In this document: one piece after another, positions 29,521-38,822 of the stretch | Layout of the letters: every line of letters starts with the position of its first letter | How positions within the stretch are numbered: position 1 is the first letter of the stretch | Assembly: GCA_965261085.1 (NCBI GenBank) | Contig: OZ253442.1 | Location: 3,456,001 to 3,520,000, forward strand | DNA length: 64,000 nucleotides | Direction: 5' to 3' | DNA from: a bacterium | GTDB taxonomy: Bacteria; UBA8248 | The notes under the pieces: model-generated | What the model saw: only the letters and a program-made list of their open reading frames with translations | Told to the model about the DNA's origin: nothing | Databases searched by the model: none | Translations under genes and position numbers: made by a program

Positions 29521-30025
29521 CGAAAAGCGTCCCTTGGCTCAACTCGGGAAAGTACTCCGCCCAATTCGTTACGCCCACATCCTTGAAGAAAACGACAAGA
29601 GCATTTTCAAACGTGCTGTATCTATCCGTAATTTCTCTATGCCTTACTTGTGGCTGAAGACTGCCGGATTGTAATTCTTCAGCCGTTATATGGTGTATAT
29701 GCGGTTTGTCGTAATGGCCGTCTTCGTCGCGGCTGCTCTCACCATGCGGGCCATTGTAACGAATAAGTGTTACAGACCCCAAGTCCTTGTTTTTGGTTTG
29801 ATAACACAGGCCAACGGAATAGTTCTCAATGAATTGGATGTTCTGACGGATAAAAACGGAGAAACGCTCTTTTTCCGCGCCAACGCTTTCCAAAGTCAAA
29901 GAACAGCGTCGAGAACCGTTTTCATCCTTATACCCTCTTGCAGGTGACTTGTTGGCGATCTTCTTTGGGGAAGCAGTAAGTCCCTGAATCTCAATATCTG
30001 TCAGCATTTCTGGTTTCTCACCCAA
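29507..30025 (-). CDS. Hypothetical protein (DUF6978-like) coupled to the DUF1828-like gene
   Basis: LTD.EI..L...PK, ENYSVGL, LIRYNGPHG...PHIHH; overlaps the downstream gene by 14 bp. Confidence 0.6.
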   Translation of the reverse strand: MGEKPEMLTDIEIQGLTASPKKIANKSPARGYKDENGSRRCSLTLESVGAEKERFSVFIRQNIQFIENYSVGLCYQTKNKDLGSVTLIRYNGPHGESSRDEDGHYDKPHIHHITAEELQSGSLQPQVRHREITDRYSTFENALVVFFKDVGVTNWAEYFPELSQGTLFDGHQ

Positions 30026-30099
30026 CCCTTAAGCGGTAAGGTTTTATATAGTGTTAACGGACCCCTTGAAGCGTTACGAGAGCGTTCGCTCTCCCTCAC

Positions 30100-31080
30100 C
30101 TACACACTCACCCCCAACGCCTTTTTCGCGGCGTCGACGACGTTGCCCGTGTTGGGGAGCACGAAATCCTCGAGGCGGGGCTCGAAGGGAATGGGCGCAT
30201 CGAGGGCGGCCACGCGGCCGATGGGGGCGTCGAGGTAATCGAAGGCTTCCTCCTGAATCGCCGCGGATATTTCAGAACCCACGCCGCTTCTCAGGTGGCC
30301 TTCCTCGACGATGATGCAGCGGTTCGTCTTGCGGACGGATTCGGCGAGCGTGGCGGTATCGAGCGGGGCCAGCGTCCTGGGGTCCATCACTTCGGCGCTG
30401 ATGCCCTCTTTCGCGAGTTCATCCGCCGCCGCCAGGCAGTTGTGCACCTGATAGCCCACGCCGATGAGGGTGATGTCGCTCCCCTCGCGCTTCACGGCGG
30501 CTTGGCCGAAGGGGGTCAGGTGCTCGCCCTCGGGAACGGGGCCCTTTATCTTGTAGAGCATCTTGTGCTCCACCATGAGCACGGGGTTGTCGTCCCGGAT
30601 CGCGGTGCACATGAGGCCCTTGGCATCCGCGGGGTCGCTCGGTACGGCCACCTTGATGCCCGGTATCTGCATGAACCAGGCTTCCAGGCACTGGCTGTGC
30701 GTGGGGCCGTACTGCACGCCGCCGCCGCCGGGGGTGCGCACGACGAGCGGCACGCTCAACTGCCCGCCCAGCATGTAGCGCAGCTTGGCCGCCTGGTTGA
30801 TGAGCGGGTCCATCGCCAGCATGATGAAGTCCATGAACATGATCTCGACGATGGGCCGGTAGCCCGCCATGGCGGCGCCTACGCCCGCGCCCACGATACC
30901 GAGTTCGCTGATGGGGGTATCGCGCACGCGATCCCTGCCGAACTTATCGGCCAGCCCCTTCGTGACGCCGAAGACATAGGCCAGCTCCACGTCCTCGCCC
31001 ATGACGATGACGCGCTCATCGCGCTCCATCTCCTCGTGATGGGCTTCGGTCAACGCATCCACAAAAGTAATCTCTCGCAT
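30100..31080 (-). CDS. Acetoin/pyruvate dehydrogenase E1 beta subunit
   Basis: MGEDV, RVRDTPISE, EIMFMDF, HSQCLEAW and AFDYLDAPI. Confidence 0.93.
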   Translation of the reverse strand: MREITFVDALTEAHHEEMERDERVIVMGEDVELAYVFGVTKGLADKFGRDRVRDTPISELGIVGAGVGAAMAGYRPIVEIMFMDFIMLAMDPLINQAAKLRYMLGGQLSVPLVVRTPGGGGVQYGPTHSQCLEAWFMQIPGIKVAVPSDPADAKGLMCTAIRDDNPVLMVEHKMLYKIKGPVPEGEHLTPFGQAAVKREGSDITLIGVGYQVHNCLAAADELAKEGISAEVMDPRTLAPLDTATLAESVRKTNRCIIVEEGHLRSGVGSEISAAIQEEAFDYLDAPIGRVAALDAPIPFEPRLEDFVLPNTGNVVDAAKKALGVSV

Positions 31081-31134
31081 GTCGCCTCTCTCCAAAGTTT
31101 TCACCGGGCGCGCAGCACCAGGGGAAGGGATTTC

Positions 31135-32124
31135 TTAAGCGTATACGTCCTCGAGTGCGGATTCGAGCGTCGCCTCCGGGCTTTGCTCCGCAAACGCGAT
31201 GGCGTCGTTCAACTCATCGTCCACGGCTTTTAAGTGCGCCTTTTTCTGCGCTTCCGTGAGTTTGAGCATTCCCGCCGCGAGCGTCAGCGGATCGCGCTTT
31301 CTCCACCCGTCCACCTCTTCTTTCGTGCGGTAGGGTCCGTACTGGGGGTCGCCGCGCGAGTGGCCGAAGAAGCGGTAGGTCTTCGCCTCGATCAAACTGG
31401 GACCGCCTCCATCGCGCGCCCTGCGGACGGCCTCGGCCGTCGCCTCGTAGACGGCCACCACGTCCATGCCGTCCACCGTCACGCCGGGCGCGTTGTAGCC
31501 CTGCGCGCGCACGCTGATGTCCTTGACGGACGTGGAGCGCTCCACGTGGTAGCTCACCGCGTAGTGGTTGTTCTCACAGAAGAATATGACCGGCAGCTTC
31601 CAGATGGCGCACAGGTTCATCGACTCATGAAAGCTGCCCTGGTTCGACGCGCCGTCCCCGAAGAAGACCACGGCCACCCGGCCCGTTCCTTCCAACTGAT
31701 AGGCGAGACCCATGCCCGTGGCCATCGGCATGTTCGCCCCCACGATGGAGTGCGCGCCGTAGTGGCCCTTGGAGATATCGGCGATGTGCATGGAGCCCCC
31801 GCGCGCCTTGCAAAGCCCGGTGGACTTGCCGAGCAGTTCCGCCATCATCTCGGGCATCCGCGTGCCCTTGGCGATGGAGTGTCCGTGGCCCCGGTGGGTG
31901 GTGAGGATGGCGTCCTCATTGTTCAAGGCCGTGCAGACGCCGACCGAGCACGCCTCCTGCCCGATGCTCACGTGAACCGCCCCCTTCACGTGGCCCGCCA
32001 TGAAGAACTCATCCGTCTTCTCCTCGAAGCGGCGGATCCGCAGCATGTTGCGGTACATCGCGTTCAAGTCCTTTTTCGTCAACCTTTTCGGCTTGGCCGA
32101 TCTTCGCTTCGCCCTGGTGGCCAC
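31135..32124 (-). CDS. Acetoin/pyruvate dehydrogenase E1 alpha subunit (TPP-dependent)
   Basis: GQEA, THRGHGH, GGSMH, TPP motif FFGDGASNQG...ENN and TYRFFGHS. Confidence 0.93.
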   Translation of the reverse strand: MATRAKRRSAKPKRLTKKDLNAMYRNMLRIRRFEEKTDEFFMAGHVKGAVHVSIGQEACSVGVCTALNNEDAILTTHRGHGHSIAKGTRMPEMMAELLGKSTGLCKARGGSMHIADISKGHYGAHSIVGANMPMATGMGLAYQLEGTGRVAVVFFGDGASNQGSFHESMNLCAIWKLPVIFFCENNHYAVSYHVERSTSVKDISVRAQGYNAPGVTVDGMDVVAVYEATAEAVRRARDGGGPSLIEAKTYRFFGHSRGDPQYGPYRTKEEVDGWRKRDPLTLAAGMLKLTEAQKKAHLKAVDDELNDAIAFAEQSPEATLESALEDVYA

Positions 32125-32248
32125 GGCTTCCTCCTCCCGGCGACATCATCAGAATGCAACCGTTGGAATGTCATGAGAACATGATTTTTAGACTTCCATG
32201 AGTATCACACGGGGCGGTGGTGGTTCAATCGGCGCGGTGGGCGGGGCG

Positions 32249-32935
32249 TCACGCAGGCTTCGCGGCGTAGCGCAGGAACAACTCATCCCCGACGCGCCGG
32301 ACCTCCACTAAGTTAAGCCCCAGAAATTCGCCCGAGCGGAAGCCCGGCCCGTCCATGAGCGTCGGAGCGGATGCTCCTCCCGCCAGCCAGGGGGTGAGCG
32401 TCACGTGAAACGCATCGATATAACGGGCGAACTCCCAAATCAGGGAACCTCCGCCCTCTATCAACACGTTCTTCATCCCGCACTCCCACAGATGGGCCAG
32501 CACCTGGGGCGCGAGGGAATCCGCCTCATCGAGAACGACAATTTGCGCGTCCCCGGTTTGGGTTTCCTCAAGACGACGTGCCCCTTCCGGAGCGGTGAAG
32601 ATGAACCGCTCGACCTCATCATTCTCGAACCAGGGCAATTTCTTGGGGAAAACGCCGCTTTTCGTGATGAGGGCGTTCGCCGGATGCGGCGGGAGGCCGC
32701 GTTCTACGCGCTCGCGCACGAGGGATTCCTCACGCACCCGCGCGGGATGGCGCGCGGTCCTGAGCGTCTGGCCGCCCCATATCACGACGTCGGCCTTGGC
32801 TCTCAGGCGATCCATCTCCAGGCGATCCGCTCCCGAACCCAGAGAGAAGTCCTCGTGGTCGTGGCCCGCGATTTTTCCGTCGAGCGTCATCGCCAGATTC
32901 GCGAATACGAAGGGTTTGTCCATGAAAATTCTCAT
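32249..32935 (-). CDS. RibD C-terminal / dihydrofolate reductase-like protein
   Basis: PFVFANLAMTLDGKI, LRAKADVVIWGGQT and VLIEGGGSL. Confidence 0.85.
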   Translation of the reverse strand: MRIFMDKPFVFANLAMTLDGKIAGHDHEDFSLGSGADRLEMDRLRAKADVVIWGGQTLRTARHPARVREESLVRERVERGLPPHPANALITKSGVFPKKLPWFENDEVERFIFTAPEGARRLEETQTGDAQIVVLDEADSLAPQVLAHLWECGMKNVLIEGGGSLIWEFARYIDAFHVTLTPWLAGGASAPTLMDGPGFRSGEFLGLNLVEVRRVGDELFLRYAAKPA

Positions 32936-33031
32936 CCTGCGGTTGTGGTCCGCCCGCTTAAGGCATTAAAGTTCGTTGTCACCTCATGCTCGTGAAAGCT
33001 GGCATTCATCAGACAAAGGAGAGAAAACGCC

Positions 33032-33682
33032 ATGGGTGAATTCGACCAAAGGGTGGACCTTCCCGCACTCGATTTTCAAAAGCTCAACATCGGCCCCTAC
33101 AGCAACAACGTATACGTGTTGACGTGCAAGGCGACGAAGGAATGCGTCATCATCGACACGTCTCACTCCGCCGAGCCGATTCTCGCCGCGAGCGAAGGCG
33201 CCACGCCCAAATACATTCTACAGACCCATTGCCACGGCGACCACATCGACGCGCTCGACGAGGTGCGCAGCCGGACGGGCGCGCCGCTGGGCCAGCACGC
33301 CGAGGACGCCAAAGAGTTCGGCATCAGCCCTGATTTCACCATCGCGGACGGCGAGGATATCAAATTCGGCGAGATCACGCTCAAGGCCATCCACACGCCC
33401 GGCCACTGCAAGGGCATGTTGATGTTCCACTACCCGGGCCACTGCGTCTGCGGGGATACGATTTTCCCCGGCGGCCCCGGCAAGACCTGGAACCACGGGC
33501 AACTGCTGACGCTGATCGATTCCATCCAGACCAAAGTGTTCGCCCTGCCCGACGACACGGTACTCTACCCCGGCCACGGGGCGAACAGCACCGTCGCGCA
33601 GAGCAAAGAAGAGGTCGCCAGATTCCAGGCCGCGGGAAGGCCTGCGCCGGATGAATTCGGGGACGTGACCTGGGACGGCTAG
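33032..33682 (+). CDS. MBL-fold metallo-hydrolase (glyoxalase II-like)
   Basis: THCHGDH, HTPGH, GDTIF and YPGHG. Confidence 0.92.
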   Translation: MGEFDQRVDLPALDFQKLNIGPYSNNVYVLTCKATKECVIIDTSHSAEPILAASEGATPKYILQTHCHGDHIDALDEVRSRTGAPLGQHAEDAKEFGISPDFTIADGEDIKFGEITLKAIHTPGHCKGMLMFHYPGHCVCGDTIFPGGPGKTWNHGQLLTLIDSIQTKVFALPDDTVLYPGHGANSTVAQSKEEVARFQAAGRPAPDEFGDVTWDG

Positions 33683-33883
33683 AGATAAAACGCTACGGGA
33701 TGAATTCGGAGCGCGCGATCCTTTCAATCGCGCGACTTGGGACGGCTAGAGATAAAACGCTACGGGATGAATTCGGAGCGCGCGATCCTTTCAATCGCGC
33801 GACTTGGGACGGCTAGAGATAAAACGCTACGGGATGAATTCGGAGCGCGCGATCCTTTCAATCGCGTGACTTGGGACAGCTAA
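33671..33883 (+). repeat. 67-bp tandem repeat, three copies plus a partial
   Basis: Units start at 33671, 33738, 33805 and (partial) 33872; each holds the hairpin GCGCGAT-CCTTTCA-ATCGCG. Confidence 0.95.
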
Positions 33884-33902
33884 ACAACAAAGGAGCCACA
33901 CA

Positions 33903-34295
33903 ATGAGTTCAGCCGGCATCGTATTCGATCACGTGCACGTCATCAGCAAAGACCCCGAGGCGAGCGTGAACTGGTTCGTCGAGAACTTGGGGGGCGAGCG
34001 CGGAGATGGCGGCGTATTCAAGGGCGCGCCGCAGATTCCGGTAAAATTCAACGGCGCCACGGTCATCGTTCGCGGAGAAAGAACGGGCGAGAGCGCCGGA
34101 ACCAAGGGCGGCCTCGAATGGGGGACGGATCATTTCGCCTTCCAGGTCGCAGGGGATTTCCAGGCCTATTGCGACGACCTCAAGGGAAAAGGTGTGAAAT
34201 TCACCGTGGAACCGGTACAATTCAACCCGGCGACGCGAATCGCCTTCATCGAGGCGCCCGATGGCGTCAGCATCGAGTTGCTGCAAAGAGCATGA
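33903..34295 (+). CDS. VOC/glyoxalase-family protein
   Basis: FDHVHV, DHFAFQV and APDGVSIELL; RBS AAGGAG. Confidence 0.88.
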   Translation: MSSAGIVFDHVHVISKDPEASVNWFVENLGGERGDGGVFKGAPQIPVKFNGATVIVRGERTGESAGTKGGLEWGTDHFAFQVAGDFQAYCDDLKGKGVKFTVEPVQFNPATRIAFIEAPDGVSIELLQRA

Positions 34296-34350
34296 CGCCG
34301 CGGAGCCTTTGCTCCGCCCTCCAAGACCGCCCGGTTTGAAGAGGAACACC

Positions 34351-35412
34351 TTGTTTCACCTCGCGCGTATCGCAGCGCCGTGTCTCCTGGTTGCGGCGCT
34401 CGGGTGGATTGTTGCGCCGGTGGCGCATCCGCAGGATAAGCGCGCTCATGAACAGGAGGAACTCCCTCCGGAACCGCCTCTGGGCCTCGACGACGTGCCC
34501 GTGCCCGAGAACAACCCCATGACGCGGCCCAAGGTCGAACTCGGCAGAATGCTGTACTTCGAAAAACGCTTCTCCGGCGACGGGAAGGTCTCCTGCGCTA
34601 CGTGCCACATGCCCCGGCGCGGATTCTCGAACGCGCGCCAGTACGGAACGGGCTTTGACGGCAGGCTCACGCTGAGGAACGTGCCCACGGTCATCAACGC
34701 CGCCTACAACGAATCCCAGTTCTGGGACGGACGCGCCGGAAGCCTTGAGGAGCAGGCCAAAGGCCCCATTCTCCACCCGAGCGAGATGGCCTCGAGCGAG
34801 GCGAAAATCATCCGGACGCTCGGCGCGATTCCAGAATACCAGGAGCGATTCGCAGAGGCGTTCGGAAGCCCCGTCATCAGCCTTAAGCGTGTGGCGCAGG
34901 CCATCGCCACCTTCGAGCGCACGGTCCTTTCCGGCAATTCCCCCTTTGACCGCTGGAAATTCGGGGGCGACAAATCCGCGCTCTCGCCTCGTGCGATCAA
35001 AGGGTTTAAGGTCTTTACAAGCAATGGAAATTGTGTGAAATGCCACTTGGTGGATGAATTCAGCGCACCCTTCACGGACGATAAGTTCCACAACATCGGC
35101 ATCGGGATGGACAAGAAGCCTTTAGAGATCGGACGAGAGAAAATCACCAGAAAAATAAAGGACCGGGGCAAATTCAAGACGCCCACGCTTCGCCACATCA
35201 ACCAGACGGCGCCCTATATGCACGACGGCCGCTTCAACACGCTGGAGGAAGTGACCGATTTCTACGACAAGGGTGGGCACCCGAACCCTCACCTCGACCC
35301 GGACATGAAGCCCTTGAAACTCACGAAAACCGAGAAACAAGACCTAATCGCCTTCATGAGCGCGCTCACGGGCGATCTCCCGGAAATCAAGGCCCCCGAG
35401 TTGCCGAAATGA
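34351..35412 (+). CDS. Di-haem cytochrome c peroxidase / MauG family protein
   Basis: CATCH and CVKCH haem motifs, QFWDGRA, FKTPTLR and TAPYMHDG. TTG start at 34351 after GAGGA. Confidence 0.9.
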   Translation: MFHLARIAAPCLLVAALGWIVAPVAHPQDKRAHEQEELPPEPPLGLDDVPVPENNPMTRPKVELGRMLYFEKRFSGDGKVSCATCHMPRRGFSNARQYGTGFDGRLTLRNVPTVINAAYNESQFWDGRAGSLEEQAKGPILHPSEMASSEAKIIRTLGAIPEYQERFAEAFGSPVISLKRVAQAIATFERTVLSGNSPFDRWKFGGDKSALSPRAIKGFKVFTSNGNCVKCHLVDEFSAPFTDDKFHNIGIGMDKKPLEIGREKITRKIKDRGKFKTPTLRHINQTAPYMHDGRFNTLEEVTDFYDKGGHPNPHLDPDMKPLKLTKTEKQDLIAFMSALTGDLPEIKAPELPK

Positions 35413-36209
35413 AGATCGATAAGACGAATGCTACGGCGTCACCGGAGCCGATGGGAGTGAACTCCAAGACTGCCCAAGCGAGGCTGCTGAAAACGCATTT
35501 CGCGGGGATTTTTTTCGTCACCCTGGCGGGAATTTTCTCACTCCTCCTCGCGCCCGCCCTCTCGTATGGCGCAGATGTCGAGGAAGGAAAATCCCTTTTT
35601 GAGAAAAACAATTGCGGAAGCTGCCACACCCTGAAAGGACCTGAAGCCAGAATACTCCCGCCCGCACGCCACGGAATCAAAGGCCCCTCGCTCTGGTATG
35701 CGGGCAGCAAATTCCGGCCCGGCTTTCTGTCGAAATGGCTGGCCAAACCCGACCCTTTTCGCGGCGTCATCTACGGAACCATGAAGCGGGGAAAATTCCC
35801 GCATCCCGTCCTCCCCGAAAAGGAGGCGGCAAAAGTCGCGGCCTATCTGGAATCCTTAAAGGACCCCGAAATGCCGGTGGGCGTGGTTCCGGGCTGGAAG
35901 AAAATCCCCAGAAAAGTGCTTAGGCGGGCGAGAATCCTGTTTCAGAAAAAACAGCCCTGTTATTCCTGCCACATGGTCGCGATTCGAAAGACGGTTTACC
36001 GGGCGAAAGTCGAGGTGGGCGGCCACAGCGCGCCTCATTTTAGAGAGGCGGGACGCAGGCTGAACGCCGATTTCATCGTGGCTTTCCTGAAAAAGCCGGA
36101 GCGCTACAATCCCAACGGCAGAATGCCGGTGTATGGGGAGGAGGCGTTCACGAAGCTGAGCGAGAAGGACTTCATCGCTCTCGCCGCATACATCGCGAGT
36201 TTCAAATGA
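35409..36209 (+). CDS. Di-haem c-type cytochrome
   Basis: Signal-like hydrophobic stretch, CGSCH and CYSCH, with distal MP motifs. Confidence 0.85.
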   Translation: MKIDKTNATASPEPMGVNSKTAQARLLKTHFAGIFFVTLAGIFSLLLAPALSYGADVEEGKSLFEKNNCGSCHTLKGPEARILPPARHGIKGPSLWYAGSKFRPGFLSKWLAKPDPFRGVIYGTMKRGKFPHPVLPEKEAAKVAAYLESLKDPEMPVGVVPGWKKIPRKVLRRARILFQKKQPCYSCHMVAIRKTVYRAKVEVGGHSAPHFREAGRRLNADFIVAFLKKPERYNPNGRMPVYGEEAFTKLSEKDFIALAAYIASFK

Positions 36210-36649
36210 AGCGTTCATTTTCATCGCATCGCGTGAGCAGAATACTCGCTCTCGCTTTCATCATGGTTGCAACGGCGAGCGCCCCCCTCCTTGTCAGTGC
36301 GGACGAACCGCCAAGCCGCGTGAGTGCGCAGGAGAATTTCCGCTGGTACTGCATCCAGTGCCACGGCCCCAAGGGAGACGGCAAGGGGGTGAACAACACC
36401 AAGAAGCTGCCTGTGAGCCCCCGCAATCTCACCGACGGCAAGGACATGGCCCAGTTCTCCGATGAGGACATGGTGCGCACCATCACTCGCGGAGGCGGGG
36501 CGAGCGACCTATCCCCCATCATGCCGCCCTGGGGCAACGTGTTTACAAAACAGGAGATTCGTGATTTGGTGGCCCTGATACGCAAGATGTGCAATTGCCG
36601 CTTCGACCCCAAGGCGAAAGAGGCGTTTTTGAAGCAACAAGGCCGGTAG
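36206..36649 (+). CDS. Mono-haem c-type cytochrome
   Basis: Signal peptide, CIQCHG and MPPWG. Confidence 0.87.
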   Translation: MKRSFSSHRVSRILALAFIMVATASAPLLVSADEPPSRVSAQENFRWYCIQCHGPKGDGKGVNNTKKLPVSPRNLTDGKDMAQFSDEDMVRTITRGGGASDLSPIMPPWGNVFTKQEIRDLVALIRKMCNCRFDPKAKEAFLKQQGR

Positions 36650-36660
36650 GTTCTTCCAGA

Positions 36661-37631
36661 ATGCGCGACATCATGCTCTCTCTTGTCATTCTCGCTCTTT
36701 TAATTTCGATGCCTGCGTCCGCGCTGGCGGCGGGAGAGCGGATTTTCGTCACGAACACGCGCGACGGCACCCTGAGCGTCATCTCGCGCGATACCCACGA
36801 GGTCATCAAGACGATCCCCGCGGGCAGGAAGGCGAACCGCCTCTCGCTCGCGCCCGACGGACGCCACGCCTACCTCATCAACGACGGCAGCGCCTATGTG
36901 CGCGTTTTCGACACGCATACGCTCAAATTCATTCGCCGCGTGGCGCAGGACGCGACCCCTACAACCTGGCGTTCTCCCCAGACGGCGCGCGCGCCTATTT
37001 CGTGAACACCTATTCGGACAACGTGACGATTCTCGACGTGGCGGCCCGTAAGGTCATCGGCCTCATCAAGCACGGGGGGAACAACCCGGTGAACATCAAG
37101 CTGAGCCCCGATGGACGCTTTGCCTTCGTGGCGAACGAGTTGAGCGAGGATGTTTCCGTCGTCGATCTCGAAACTGGAAAGCCGATCAAACAAATCGATG
37201 CGGGCCATTACATCGAGGGCATCGACGTGACGCGCGACGGTAAACACCTCTACGTCATGAACGGGGAGCGCCACTCCTACAGCGTGGTCGATCTCGATAC
37301 CTTGGAAATCATCCGTACCATTAAACTCTCCGGCGAGCCGCACGACGCCCTCATCACGCCGGACGGAAAGTTCCTCTACGTCACCCTCCCGCACATCAAC
37401 AGGGTGTCCGTCTTCTCGCTCCCCTCGCAAAAGCGCGTCGCCAGAGTGAAGCAGGGCGTGCGGCCCGACCTCATCGCCTTCACGCCCGACGGCGCGCTCG
37501 CCTACGTGACGAACAGGGATTCAAAAGAAGTGTTCGTGATGGATGCGAAAAGCCACAGCAACATCAAGAAAATCCGCGTGGGCAACGGGGCGCACGGCGT
37601 GCTCGTCGTGCCGCCCGCGCCGACGAATTGA
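36661..37631 (+). pseudogene. YVTN/YncE-type beta-propeller protein, frameshifted near 36945
   Basis: Repeats of PDG..YV.N..S..VSV.D. The first frame degenerates after FIRRVA; another frame continues GRDPYNLAFSPDGARAYFVNTYS. Confidence 0.75.
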
Positions 37632-37796
37632 TGGTTTTTTAAGTAAGACCCGGTGGTAATTTCAACAAAATGAAAACAACCACTCATCACGAATAAACGG
37701 CATGACACGAGCGATGGGAAAGTTGCTTTTCCCGTCCCCGTGTATCATATTCGAGAGGCGACTCCACTCCCAATCGACACCCGAGGAGAGGAAAAG

Positions 37797-38066
37797 ATGA
37801 CGGAATTTGAAATGGCAACGCTTACGATTTCACGGGTTGGACTCGATATTTCACGGACTGGGCTTTGGATTTCGGGCATTCACGCCTTGATTACGCTTGT
37901 CGTGGGCGGCGTTCAATGTTTTCTCATCTTGTATGGACTAAAACAGATGAACCGCACTTCGGTAGCCAGAGACAAGCAGCATGAGGAAACCATGGCCGCT
38001 TTAGACACCCGCCACCGCGAAAACATGAAAGCTCTGGAAACCTTGATCGAAAGAACGTCGAAGTAA
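37797..38066 (+). CDS. Small single-TM coiled-coil hypothetical protein, copy 1 (89 aa)
   Basis: RBS GAGGA; paralogous to 38374-38622. Confidence 0.75.
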   Translation: MTEFEMATLTISRVGLDISRTGLWISGIHALITLVVGGVQCFLILYGLKQMNRTSVARDKQHEETMAALDTRHRENMKALETLIERTSK

Positions 38067-38373
38067 ACGGAGGAAAAGACCGGCGCTTCACCTGATTTCC
38101 TTTGGCATTCCTTGAGTATGCGTCCTCTCAGGTGTGTGCGCGGCACCACTAAAAGGAACAGCAACCCGCCACGAGAATCCCGTTGCCCGACCCGCCATTT
38201 TTTGTTGGCTCCTTTTTAGCGCGGTTTCGCTCCATTATCCCGATGCAATCCGTTCTACCGGAAATCCGAACAACGGCAGGATGCGGAAGATGGCGAAAGT
38301 TGCTTTTCCCGTCCCCGTGTACCATATTCGAGGGGCGACTCCACTCCCAATCAACACCCGAGGAGAGGAAAAG

Positions 38374-38622
38374 ATGACGCAGTTTGAAATAGCGACGCTT
38401 GAGATTTCACGTATAGGGCTTTGGGTATCGGCCGTTCACGCCTTGATTACGCTTGTCGTGGGCGGCGTCCAATGCCTTCTCATCTTGTATGGTCTGAAAC
38501 AGATGAGCCGCGCTTCGGTAGCAAGAGACAAGCAGCATGAAGAAACCATGGCCGCTTTGGATACCCGCCACCGCGAAAGCATGAGAGCTCTGGAAACCTT
38601 GATTGAAAGAACGTCGAAGTAA
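38374..38622 (+). CDS. Small single-TM coiled-coil hypothetical protein, copy 2 (82 aa)
   Basis: RBS GAGGA; shares HALITLVVGGVQC.LILYGLKQM...ARDKQHEETMAALDTRHRE.M.ALETLIERTSK with copy 1. Confidence 0.75.
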   Translation: MTQFEIATLEISRIGLWVSAVHALITLVVGGVQCLLILYGLKQMSRASVARDKQHEETMAALDTRHRESMRALETLIERTSK

Positions 38623-38822
38623 ACGGAGAAACAGACAGGCGCTTCGCCTGATTTTCCTCATCATTCCCTAAATATTCAAAAATCTACCGCCGGGCGCAGC
38701 CCGTCTTTTCCCCTCAACGACCCTCGTGTTGCGCGATTCCGGCCCTGATATTCGCCCTCTCCCACGCGCAGCTTTACTCTCATTCACTCACCGCCGCTCA
38801 TTCCCACGCAACGCGGGCCCTA

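Noticed and set aside
33671-33883. CRISPR array interpretation of the 67-bp repeat
   Set aside because: The units are identical along their length, with no unique spacers.
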